Shown here: one piece after another, positions 1 through 21,769 of the stretch
Position numbering within the stretch: position 1 is the stretch's first letter
Layout: each line of letters starts with the position of its first letter
NCBI RefSeq assembly: GCF_009914755.1
Contig: NC_060941.1
DNA length: 64,000 nucleotides
From: the human T2T-CHM13v2.0 reference genome, Homo sapiens
Strand: one strand, 5' to 3'
Made by a program: the position numbers and the translations under genes
Notes under the pieces: model-generated
The model's database searches: none
Seen by the model: the letters and a program-made list of their open reading frames with translations, nothing else
Told to the model about the DNA's origin: nothing

Positions 1-1051
<1,051 letters not shown>

Positions 1052-1149
1052 CAGAGATAACCTTTCTTGAACAAAGGAAACTTGTTTTGGTATCAAGCAA
1101 CAGTAATGTTTACATGAGTTACCTATAAGTCCCCACGAAACTAAGATAC

Positions 1150-1325
1150 TTTACACAGGCTGCACCTCCTCTGTAATTCTCACAAAAGCCGGGTTAGTTA
1201 TTAGGTGTCTTTTATTGAGAAACTGAGGCCAAAGAGAGGTATGGTAATTTGCCCCAGGTCGCGCTTCTGGCAAGTGCGGGGTCCAGGATTTACACCTAAG
1301 TTGTCTCTTTCGTTAACTCTGCTGC
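1150..1325. mobile_element. MIR SINE
   Basis: Core GAGAAACTGAGGCCAAAGAGAGGTATGGTAATTTGCCCCAGGTC. Confidence 0.65.
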
Positions 1326-1535
1326 TTCTCAAATGCAGTATATATATATATATTTACCTACATAAAGTGACGCAATAAAATCAGTACACATAAGCTTAAG
1401 CCTGTTTCAAGAAAAAAGCTTCCTTGGACAATACAAATGAATGATAAGATAATCTCATTTAAACCTGTTATTAAAATAATAGCCCATATTGAATTATTCA
1501 GAACCCCAAATCTCGCTTTTTAAAAATCAAGGGTC

Positions 1536-2032
<497 letters not shown>

Positions 2033-2710
2033 AAATCATAGGTATCTGTGTGGAATAAATTAACTACAAATCCCCAAGACGACTCTTGTCATCAATATTT
2101 CAATCCATAATTTAGCAAACACACACAGACATCCCTTATAGGGATACAGTTCCAGGCCTTTCTTTGGGCATCCGTTTCGAGACCTGGAGAGACTCTGATG
2201 TCTGTGTGTGACTAAGGAGAAGAATAGCTGAATCATATCCAAAAGCGAGTCCTCCCAATTAAGAATCTATAATACAAATCAAGACAATGACAGCATTCCA
2301 TCTGCCTTTTAACCTCAACAGCTCCTCCTCCCAAGCCAGCCAGCCTACTCCCCTCCCTCATTCCCCCCCAAACTGGGAAATCATCTCGGAGGCCGGAGGC
2401 AGAAAGGGGCGGTAGGTGGCCGGGCCCCGCTGCCTCTCGCGCCTCCCGGGGCCCGCCACACACGGTGCCAACGGGACGCCGCGGTCGGCCGCATGAGCGC
2501 AAAAGCAGGGCAGCGAGGTGAGCAGAGCCAGAGTTCAGAAGGGGCCGCAAGTCAGACGAGGGGCTGGGAAAAAAGAGCCTCTCCCAAGGTTAACAGAAGC
2601 GTGCGGAGCGTGAGAAGCAGCACCTCGCACGCAGACTCGCCCGCCGGCCGGGTGGCACCGCTCAGCCGCCCGCCCGCTAGAAGGCAGCGCGGCCCCGGCC
2701 CGGCCCAGCC

Positions 2711-2724
2711 CGGCGCATGCGCCG
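2711..2724. promoter_or_regulatory. NRF1 (nuclear respiratory factor 1) motif within a 14-bp palindrome
   Basis: CGGCGCATGCGCCG contains the GCGCATGCGC core, about 100 bp upstream of exon 1. Confidence 0.7.
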
Positions 2725-2777
2725 CAGCCCCTCCTCCGCTCCCGGCGCCCGCCCCTCCCTCTTCCTGGCGGGTCTGG

Positions 2778-2804
2778 GGCGGCGGCGGCGGCGGCGGCGG
2801 CGGC
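2778..2804 (+). repeat. (GGC)9 trinucleotide repeat in the core promoter
   Basis: Nine uninterrupted GGC units read directly. Confidence 0.95.
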
Positions 2805-2808
2805 GCGG

Positions 2809-2816
2809 TGACGTCA
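2809..2816. promoter_or_regulatory. Full palindromic CRE (CREB/ATF site)
   Basis: TGACGTCA at the presumed TSS region. Confidence 0.8.
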
Positions 2817-3193
2817 GGGCGTTGGGGCAGCTCCTGTGACAGACGGAGCTGGAGCGGCGGGGCGGCGGCGGAGTCCGGCGGCCGGGAGAGCGAGTGAGCG
2901 AGCGGAGGAGCAGCGACACGGGAGTCTAGGGAGCGAGAAGGAGAAGGAGGGGAGCGCTCGGGCGCGAGCGAGAGAAACCGCGAGCGCCGAGCTTGGACTC
3001 GAGCCCCGGAACGGCTGAGGAGCCCGCCCGCTCCCCTCCCCTCCCCCTCCCCGGGCCCGGGCCCAGCGCGCCATCCTCCCCCCTCCTTCCCTCCCTCCCT
3101 CCTTCCTCCCTCCCCTCTCCCTCCCCCTCCCCCGCCGGTGGATGGGAGTGAAGGACGGAAGAGGCCCTGCGGAGGCGGCGGTGCAGCGCTCCG
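2816..3193 (+). other. PAFAH1B1: PAFAH1B1 exon 1 (non-coding 5' UTR); start approximate
   Basis: Donor CCG|GTAAGG at 3193/3194. Joined to exon 2 it gives ...GCGCTCCG|GTGGAATG..., matching the LIS1 5' UTR as I recall it. The TSS cannot be fixed from sequence alone. Confidence 0.85.
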
Positions 3194-3362
3194 GTAAGGC
3201 GGCGCGGGTCTGCGCCCTCCCCTCTGTCTCCTCCACCGCGCCCGGGCGGCTGCAGGCCGGACCCGGCGGCCTGACGATGTGGCTGCGCCGGTCCCCTCCC
3301 TCCCATTCTCCCCTCCCCCTGCCTCCGCCGCCGCCTCCTCCTTCTTCTTCTCTCCTCGCTCT

Positions 3363-3374
3363 CAAAATGGCGGC
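3363..3374 (+). promoter_or_regulatory. YY1 motif
   Basis: CAAAATGGCGGC, downstream of the TSS as is typical for YY1. Confidence 0.7.
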
Positions 3375-3532
3375 CGCGACGGCCGTTGAGTGAGAGACCC
3401 GGAGGAGGGGGACTGTCCGGGGAGGGCGCTGCCCTCGCTCCTCTCCTCCCGGGCCCGGCTTTGGGGGCTGCCGGCGCCTCTGCGACCCCCGCCCCGCGGC
3501 CCTCCCCAAGAAGGGATCGCCCTCCTCCCTCG

Positions 3533-3548
3533 GTGACTTAGCAAGAAA
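3533..3548 (+). promoter_or_regulatory. ARE / CNC-sMAF-like element, copy 1
   Basis: GTGACTTAGCAAGAAA fits RTGACnnnGCA with an A-rich 3' flank. Confidence 0.55.
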
Positions 3549-4183
3549 AGTATTCTTGGGTTGGAAGGGCGTGGGGACCAGGTAGCTCTCTGATCTTGGG
3601 GAAAAGGATCGGCCCTGCTCTCCCCGGCCGCGGAGACGAGCACCGCAGTCCCCACCCCACCCTCAGTTATCGGCTCGGGGACCGGCTCAGCCCCGCGCCG
3701 CCGGGGCACTCATAGGGCCTTCCAGGCATTCCGTCCCCGACTGGTCCTTAAGATGGGGTTGACCAGCGGAGGGTGGCCCACCGTCTCCCTGGCCCCCGGT
3801 GCGGCGGTCCAGCCTCAGCACCCGCCGAGGAGAGGCAGCCCGGCCCACCGAGCAATCCGCAGCATCCACCCACCGAATCTGGCAGGATTTTCTTTCTGCC
3901 ACCGGCTCCTCGGTCGGGAGTTGCCTTTTGATGCTGTTAACATTCAGCTTCGAGGCTCCCTGCCATTCCCCTTCGTCTAATCTCATCTCCCTGCCCCTTT
4001 GGGAAACGCAGTGCCTCTGCATATTTACCCTCTTTAGCCTCCCACATGAGAAAATGCCTTTGAGGTGGTCGACACATTTTGACTCTGCACCTCTAAACGT
4101 AGCAGTAGAGGGGAAGAGGTTTTCCGTATTTAGTAGGAGAGAGCAAGGTACCATAGCTTTATATGTTATGCTACCTTTCTTCA

Positions 4184-4199
4184 GTGACTTAGCAAGAAA
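4184..4199 (+). promoter_or_regulatory. ARE / CNC-sMAF-like element, copy 2
   Basis: Identical 16-mer to 3533-3548. Confidence 0.55.
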
Positions 4200-5845
4200 C
4201 TCCTTGGGAAGAGGGCAGGAAATTTTCTTTTGGGGTTTGGGCCCAATTTATATCAGTCTTTTGGTTAAGAAAATACGCCTTTGAAGAGGAGGACCAGATT
4301 TGTGGTCTCGTTCTCAATGGGCGATGTCATGCCAAGGTCCCCCCTCCCTCTTTCCTTAAGTGGCAGTCCGGACAAATAGAGATATTACTGATATTCCCAT
4401 CTCTCCTTTAAGCACACAGTCTTGGAGTTTCATAAGGTTTTAAAGGCCAAACAAACAATTTGTGCCATTTTTGGCAATTCTGTTTTTGTTGGGGGGGTGG
4501 GTTATTTTGTGTGAATTTCTTTTCGAGGCTAGGGCGGAGGAGACAGTGCTTGGGCCTTTCATACCAGTGATAATGTCATCCCTCCCTTTTTGCCACAGGA
4601 GTGTTTGCTTTTTTTTTTTTTTTTGCTGCAGCAGGGCGGCTTAATTGCTGCGGGGTCCAGTCTCATAATCAGGAAAATTTCCTGTTGACTGTGTCATAGT
4701 GATGTTGAATATATAGTAAAAGCTTTTACTTAAAAAATTCTGATTTGGTTTTAAGGCATTAGCTAGCTTTTAATCTCTAATGGGTGTCTTTTAGGACACA
4801 GTTTCACAAAATAATTAGCAGTTGCAAATTGCAGTTTTTAATAAAGCAGAAGAGTAATCTGTATTTAGGGTGATTTCTTTCGTGTTCATTAATGATCATT
4901 GTTTGGATTGCTCAGAAGGGGGGAATCTCCTAAAAGAAATTGAAGGCTGGTATATATTTTAAAATCAGAAAGGAATCCAATTTTTCACTTGAAGTATTTC
5001 TGTATATGTTGATTTTGATGGAGCAAGCCCTACGTTGGTACCTCCCCCCACATCCTTTTTTAAAAAAATGGGCTAATATTTGTGGATGCTGTGAACAGCC
5101 ATTGAGCCGAGAAGACTGGGTGGAGTAAGGGAGCAGAAGCTGTGAAATGCTGTATTGCCCTTTCACAGCGTCTTTCTCTTGCTTATGTTTTGTAAGGTTA
5201 TTTGATATGAATGGTTGCTACAACTAAGTCATTTCTCTGTCGTAAGTCTTAAAATCTAATGTTTTCCACCTTTTTTGCATGATGGGCATTGAATGATTGG
5301 AATAAAAAGCAATGTCCCTGCTTTAAAATAGACACTTATTGTCTCCTTATTTGTCCCTGTGTGTGTGTGTGTATATATTAATATATAAAGATACACACAC
5401 ACATATATCTACACTCTTGTTAATGTTTTTTATTGTTCTCGCCATATAAGTATAAATTAATGTCAGAAATATTTGGCAAGAAATAGGGGGTACAGGAATA
5501 CTGCAATAATCTAAGAAAAATACTACAATTGTTTTACTTAAAACAGTAAATCTATTTGAGATTTTAAAATAGTGAACATAAAAGGTGGGGAAAAAAGGAT
5601 AAGATAATTTGCATGAAAGCCCCTTCAGATCTTTTCTCTTGTGTTGCTCTTTGAAAGGGACCTTTTTGTGAGATACTGCCATAAGCTAGGGTAGGTCATT
5701 TTAATGCCCTGTATCAAGCATTCACATGAGTAGACATCTTCAAAAGAATTTCACATATAGGTGGTAAATGTGACTTTGATTAGCCTTATGAATGCTTGTC
5801 AGTGTATGATGTATTTTTACACTTTTGTTCTTTTTAATATGATTA

Positions 5846-6301
<456 letters not shown>

Positions 6302-6574
6302 TTAATCAGGAGCTTAAGATAATTTGACTTAAGGAGCTTTAGTTCCAAGTGTATGTAGTGTTTCTTGATACATGTTGGAGAATCTTAGGCTTAATTTGGA
6401 GATTAATTTTTAAAATTATTCATAGTTCTGTATAGAACTCTTAATGAGATTGGAAGGAATTTTTTAGTACAATTTTTTGTTACCTGTTTTTCCAGATAAA
6501 ATATCTCTAGTGTAAAGAGATTTTGAGATGTTTCTGGGAAGGAAAAGTCAGAATCATAATTTATGCTTTTCTAG

Positions 6575-6895
<321 letters not shown>

Positions 6896-6968
6896 CCTAT
6901 TTTCTATTTTTTAAAAATAATATAAATGTTTCTCTCTCAGTTGTATACTAAGTAACAGAGAGACAGAA

Positions 6969-7002
6969 AGTGTGTGTGTGTGTGTGTCTGTCTGTCTGTC
7001 TG
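6969..7002 (+). repeat. (GT)n(CTGT)n compound microsatellite
   Basis: Read directly. Confidence 0.85.
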
Positions 7003-7094
7003 CGTATATGAGACTTTATGGCTTATATTTTAAGTATCCAGCAAAAATAAGACCCTCTTGTTTACATGTGGTTCATGTTATTCATAATTTGTCA

Positions 7095-7462
<368 letters not shown>

Positions 7463-9159
7463 AAGATGAAGATGTCTTAAAAAACCCAAAGCAAAATATT
7501 AGGGCAGAGTGAATTTTCAATATCTTCCCATTGAGTTCTAAAGCAGTGAGTCATGCGCTCTTTTGCCAAAGGGACTTGAGGCTCGGTTGGTTTTAAACCA
7601 AGCTGGCCATTTCTGCTTGTGGTCCTAAAATATTTTTTACTTGCCTCTAAGTCCCTGTTAACGAAAATATTTCATTATGACAGGTAACTTATTTTTATGT
7701 GCTTTGGAAAGAGGGAAATAGTTAAGTTTTGAAGTGGAAATTCTTTGCCACTGTTTTTATTATGTCATCTACAGTACAACTATTACTTTTTTTTTTTTTT
7801 TACTTAGAAAGTTGTTCTATTTAAAATAAAACTAGTGGTATACAATACGAGTTCTGAAAAAAAGACAGACCTACCGTTCTCCAGAAGATGCTTAGCTGTA
7901 AATTGAATCCTCGTCATTGAAGGTCAAACATTTTGAGAAATCTGTATTTCATGAAGAAAGATGCTGTATTATGTAAGCGTAATAGTTAACTGCAGTGAAG
8001 GCTTTTTGGATTGTTCTTTGTTGCTGGTTTGGCATGGCACTTTTTGGCTAGTCATTGAAATGGAACCTTAGTTTAACTTCTGTTACATATGTAATTTTTA
8101 ACCTTGGCATGGCAGTCATAGAATTTAATTGATATTTATGAAATGCTTTATATTCATTGGTGGCAGGCATCATAAGCACTTATTATTTTATTTCTTGTTT
8201 TCTTTTTAAAAGATGGTGGCTTCTTGTTGAAACTTACCTAGATAGGACTAATCTGCATTTGTCAAGGATACTTCTGGAATGGTACTCTCTATTGTCTTTT
8301 AACATTGTCATAAACGTTTCTCTAGAACTTTCTAAATATTGAGCTTGGTACTGATTTTCATTTGTTCTTCTGCCAGCTACTTTTTGAGGTAGATTGGTAT
8401 TTTTATGGATGAGAGAACTGAAATCCAGAGAATTTCTTTTCCTGTCGAATGTTAGGTTAGTGACTAGAATAAGGTAAATATTGCAGTCACAGAACTCTTG
8501 GGTACTGCTTTGTAAAATCACACATTCCTTCTTTCTATAACGATTGGACTCCTTAATCTTTGTTAAATGGTGAAAGTTGGTGGTATTTATTGCCTGCATC
8601 ATTTAAATTGGCATTTATTAACATATGGTCTTGTATTGTTGACTGCTTTGCATGCATAAGGCTTTTGGCATTTGAGTAGCTTCTCCCAAAAAATGCCTAA
8701 TACTGCTTTACAGATAGTATTAATAAGTGAATAAGTACTAGTTGCATTTGACTGAATGGTTATGTGAAAGGAAATGTGCTATCCTAAAGATCTTTGTAAT
8801 AGTTGACTCCGGTGATCTCAAGAGAATTAAGGTGATGGAGGAAAGAGTGGCTGCATTTCGTATACAGAGATTTTATATTCTCTGAGGGAACAGGGTTACA
8901 CTTTGACAGAATTCTTAAGTATAAAAAGTGAATTAACTCAACTGGACAAATTACCTATACATTTTGATTATCTGCTTTTGGGGCTCTTATGTTGACAAGA
9001 ATTGACAGTTAACTGAGGCCATTAAAAAATTTTCTGAGACTTTTTACAAAAGTAAAATTAAGAATCTTTGAACATTTTAATAAATTTAATTTTTGAAAGC
9101 ATTGTAGAAAGTTATATGTTTATTAAAATTTTACAGTGCAGATTAATCCATTTTTAACC

Positions 9160-11080
<1,921 letters not shown>

Positions 11081-12355
11081 AAGAAAAAATATTTTTAAAG
11101 TTGACAAATGTAGAAATGAGCTAAGATTTGTCAAAGGGATCAATAAGTAATGAAATATTCTGGTTATCAAAGTTTATCATATATGAATGAACAGTGAAAA
11201 AATTGGAAATAACAGAATTAACAAATTTTAATTTGTCTTTAATGGTTCAGCAGTCACTTAAAAATTTTTACAGTATTACCATGATGCTATAGTCTTTATC
11301 ATCACAAATCCCAACGTAAAGATAAAAAAAAACCCCACTTAATAAAATCATTATTCAAGCTTTCTGGCTCTTCGACTTGGGCTAAATAAGTGTTCTGTAT
11401 AATGGTATGTCCTTAAAGAGAAATTATCTCCACCTACTGAAAAAAAAAAACAAAACAGCGAGGGCCTATCAATTTGAGAGTTTAAACAGGCCTGTGGTTC
11501 GCATTTTTATGGAAGCATCATAATACAACCCCAAGACATCAAATGTCACTAGCACAGAAGACATCTAGGATCCAAAGTTCTTAGAAGAATATTACTTTTA
11601 AAAACATTAGAAATAATACTTTACGTGGGACTCAACCTTGACTCTTCTTTCTTCCTCTATATCCAATCAATTACCTTGTCTTGCCAATTTTACCTCCTCG
11701 ATATTTGTTGAGTTAGTCCCCTTCTATCCATACTTACCATTACTACTACTACCATCATAGTTCACATAATCTCTTACCCAACTAATTTCACATCGTCTCT
11801 CTAAATTCAGTCTTGTCCGGTTAACGTCTTTCTGCTACATAGTCCCCAGTCATCTATCTAAAATGCAATCTGACCATATCACACTTCCCTACTTAAAAAG
11901 AACCCTCCCTTGGCTCCCTTTGTATTTATTTAACAAATATTTACATAGCACTTACTAATACGCCAGGCTCTGTTTTAAGTGCTTTACAAGTATTCGTTTA
12001 CTCCTCACAACATTCTGGGAGAATTTAGCTAGCCCTTTGTGACAGCTTTGTAAGTAGCAGAGCTGAAAGTTGAACCTCAGGTACTGAGGCTCCACAGTTG
12101 GGGCTTTCAGCCACCGTACTGTGCTGACTCCCTCTTTCCTATAGTCCACATACTTTAACACAGTTTGCTAGGTCTTCAGTCACTTCAAGTTTCATTTCTA
12201 ATCAAGCCCCACCTTGCTCACACTCTAATATATATATGCTTTCTCCCTCCCCACTTTGTGATCTTTGTGATTCTACTCCTGCTGTCCTCTCTGTCTAGAG
12301 CAACTTGTAGTATCTCAGAACAGAGTGCAGTGAATACATTTTGACAAAAGAATGA

Positions 12356-14009
<1,654 letters not shown>

Positions 14010-15559
14010 AATTGGAGTGAACGTGGGAGGTCATTTTAGGTGGAGGGAACAGCAACATAAATAGTCACAGAAGCATGAGAAACTATTTTATGTATGCTGG
14101 TAATAGTTTGGCAGAGGGGATTGTAGAATTTGAGGTTGGAGAGGCACGTCTGAGCCAGATTGATAGAATTTGTATATTGTGTAGCTTGTAGGCAAGTTGG
14201 AAGTCATTAAACAATTTCAGGTAAAAACAAGCATTATGAGATGATGTATATTTTGGAGAGATTATGCAGGTGGCAATAATGAATGTGGATTTTGGAGGTC
14301 ATGTAGACTTCTTCAGAAAATAATGATTAGTGCTTGAAGCAAGACAGTGACATTAAATGTTGTTGAGTGGAGAAAGGTTTAGGAGGTCCGGTTGTGAATG
14401 AGTAGTGTGATGGGGAGAGGCAAGTTGAAACAATTCAGATTTGTAGTTTGGGTGACTGAGTGGAACTGAGAAACGAGGTGTTATTAGCCATAGCAGAGAA
14501 TAAGAGGAGGAGTTGTATAGAATATTACATAAAGCAGCCAGATAAATGTTCCTGAACCACAATTTTCAAGTCACTTTGTTGCCAAAAACCCATCATCAGC
14601 TTTTTACTGTCTTTAATGAAAATGCAAAGAACACAATGGCAAAACTATGGTACTGAATAGGTGTTTATTGAATCCTAAATGGGCACTCAAAGACTTCTCT
14701 TACATGTCCTGGCTTTTCATCCTGTTTCTTATTGCCTTCCATGTCTACTGTGATTCAGCTTTGGGAAGATATTTTCTGTTCCTTTTGCTGCTTTGACTCC
14801 CTGCCGCGCCCCCCTTACTTACGCTTCAAATCTGCCTACCAGGTTTTCCATTTCCAGGCAGTCTTTTCTAATTTTTTCCACCTGGAAGAAACTTTCTTTT
14901 CTCTGAGTTCGTAATCTTATAATAAGTACCTATTTTTCTCTTCTTCTAGCGTATATAAAATGTATTATCTGACGTGTCAAGTGAGTTAATGCATTTAAAG
15001 AGCCTAGGAATGGTACCTAGAACATAGTAAGTACTCAATAAATATTGTTATTATGGTGATGATTGATGATGATTAAGATGAGGTGACCTTTGCTTTCTGC
15101 TTTCTTGTGATGGCAAAAATGATTTGTTGTCTGTCTTTGGACACTAGGGAAGCAAAGTCTTTTACTTTGCTTATGTATATAAAAGTACAAAAGTGAAATT
15201 ATTCTTGAGCTGTAGGTGAGAGATATACAAAGCTAGACAAGCCCTTAAATATTGACGATTTTGTTAAGCTTCACCACAGCTGTTTGAGGTAGGCGGTATA
15301 TTAGTCCCTTTTTAAAAATGGGTAAATAGGCTTAGGAAATTTGTAGATTTCCCCAAGGTCACACAGTTTGTAAGGAGCCAGATTGATATATGAATCTTAA
15401 CTATTCGACTCCAAAATTCTTCACAGGAGGGCTTCATGTGTGTAGGACTTACCCTTCAGGGCTTTCATTTCATTTATGTATCCAACTTGTTACCTGTCAG
15501 AAAGCCTATCATGAGACCTATGCCCAATGGAAAAAAAGTGCTTTTTGAGTTTTCTTTAA

Positions 15560-19312
<3,753 letters not shown>

Positions 19313-19718
19313 AGTAATTTTGTTTTTAATTGAACTTTGAAAACGCAGTTCTATCATTGGTGTTCTATTTCTAGCCGACTCAGACTTTCACCTGGCAAGT
19401 TGGTCTCTGTATTTGATTTGTAACTCCTTATTTAAAGCAATTTATGAGGATGCATAAAACTACAAAATGCCTCAGATAAAAGTAAGGAGAAAGAAGAAAC
19501 AAAAACAAAAGATAAAGATAAAGTCAAGTCAGGATGTAGGCCAAAAAGGTTTATTATAATTTTCTTCCTACAGGCAGAGCACAGATTTGACTCTGAGCTT
19601 TCTAGGAACCAGCAGGAGAGAAAAACTTGGTAGTTTATTTTTTTACAGTGTCCTTAAGATACAAAATAACTAGATAGTTCAGAAAGATAACTAACCACTT
19701 GGCACTATCAGGCTAGAG

Positions 19719-19916
19719 CAGAAGTGTCCAATATTTTGACTTCCCTGGGCCACATTGGAAGAAAAAGAATTGTCTTGGGCTACACATAAAATACACTAAC
19801 GATAGTTGATGAGCTTAAAAAAAGTCACAAAAAAAATGTCAGTGTTTTAGGAAAGCTTACGAATTTGTGTTGGGCCACATTCAAAGCTGTCCTGGGCCGT
19901 GGGTAGCACAAGCTTG
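19719..19916 (+). mobile_element. MER30 (hAT-Charlie MITE)
   Basis: CTTCCCTGGGCCACATTGGAAGAA... body; perfect 8-bp TSD GGCTAGAG at 19711-19718 and 19917-19924. Confidence 0.85.
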
Positions 19917-20401
19917 GGCTAGAGTTTCTCATGGGGCTCTCATAAAGAGGATTATGTTGTAATTATTATTATCCTCTTCAACATCTTTAAGGTAGATGGA
20001 TGACAAGTATTTAAGTAGTCTTAGTGTGGGAGACCAATCACATCACATGAGTCAGTCTGAAAGAGTGGATAGATTTGTCTTTCAGTGTCTGATGAGTGGA
20101 TGAGTTTCCCTCAACCCAGCTTTTTAACCTCCTTGGCAGGTACCTCCATACATCAAGTACAGACCATTCATATGTAGGATTTAAATTACCCTGTGAAAAT
20201 CTAATTTTACCCAGAATAGAATTTGTGGGAGTGACTGTACATTAAAATTCTTGTTAGAAAATAATTTCAAATCTTCTTCATCCTTGTCTGTCTTCTTCTC
20301 TGTAATTTGAAGGTGGGTAGAGAATATTCTTCCAGAATATCCAAAAGTGGTAAAAACATTAAGAAATATAGAAAAGGGCCAGGCGCGGTGACTCATGCCT
20401 A

Positions 20402-20767
<366 letters not shown>

Positions 20768-21423
20768 TCATGCTGGTTTTCAGCATAGATTAAATGTAAG
20801 GAGAGGTTTGGTTTTTGTTTGTTTTGAGTCGGAGTCTCGCTTACTTTTTCTTTTGAATTTTAAAAAAGAAGAGTGAGAGTACGTCTTTACTCTCTCAGAA
20901 CACAGTAAGTTTTGATCTTAGTTTTTACTAGGATGCCTACAGTAGTTGTTTAGAAACACTAATTACCATGAGTTTGGTCGGGACACAATGAACAGTGTGT
21001 CAAGGGTTGAGGCAACATCAGGGCAGATAATTACAGTGTATTGTGAGAAGTGGTAAATACGTGTATGTATGAAGTACTATGAAGTCACAGAAGAGGTGGT
21101 TACTCTGTGTTCGCTTAATTGTTTGGGGTCAAAACTAGTGAGAATGGTAACTAAACCCGCAAGTTCTGCTGTTTATGCTAGCTGCTGAGAGGCTTGCTAA
21201 TGATGTTTAAATATCATTGATAGCTATTAGGTTGAACCATTATTGGCAGTTTTTAATGGTTTAACCCTAGTAGTATCTTGGTGTGACGATTTAAAAGGTA
21301 TTTTATTTTTTGCCAATACTGTTTGACGGTTGTTGAATAATTGATATTTTGTTAAAGCTTTGAATATTGAATAAATGTGCCATTTTGGGAAAATGGCACT
21401 TTTTTTTTTTTTTTTGAGACTGA

Positions 21424-21633
<210 letters not shown>

Positions 21634-21769
21634 TGATCTGCCCGCCTCAGCCTCCCAAAGTGCTGGGATTAAAGGTGTGAGCCACCATGCCCGGCCGTAT
21701 CTTCCCGACAATCTTGTGAAATAGATACTACTATTAAAAGTAGCTGTATCAGATAATTTCTAGATGTAA

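Larger units (their letters stand above)
2380..3920. promoter_or_regulatory. PAFAH1B1: CpG island / PAFAH1B1 promoter
   Basis: Very high GC and CpG density against CpG-depleted flanks; several GC boxes (GGGGCGG); spans exon 1. Boundaries estimated by eye. Confidence 0.93.

Noticed and set aside
2233-4284. Long overlapping GC-rich ORFs (up to 231 aa) on both strands
   Set aside because: Expected from stop-codon scarcity in a CpG island; low-complexity R/G/P/A composition and no recognisable domain.
20125-20145. CAG|GTACCT recursive splice candidate
   Set aside because: Weak donor and short pyrimidine tract; compatible with chance.
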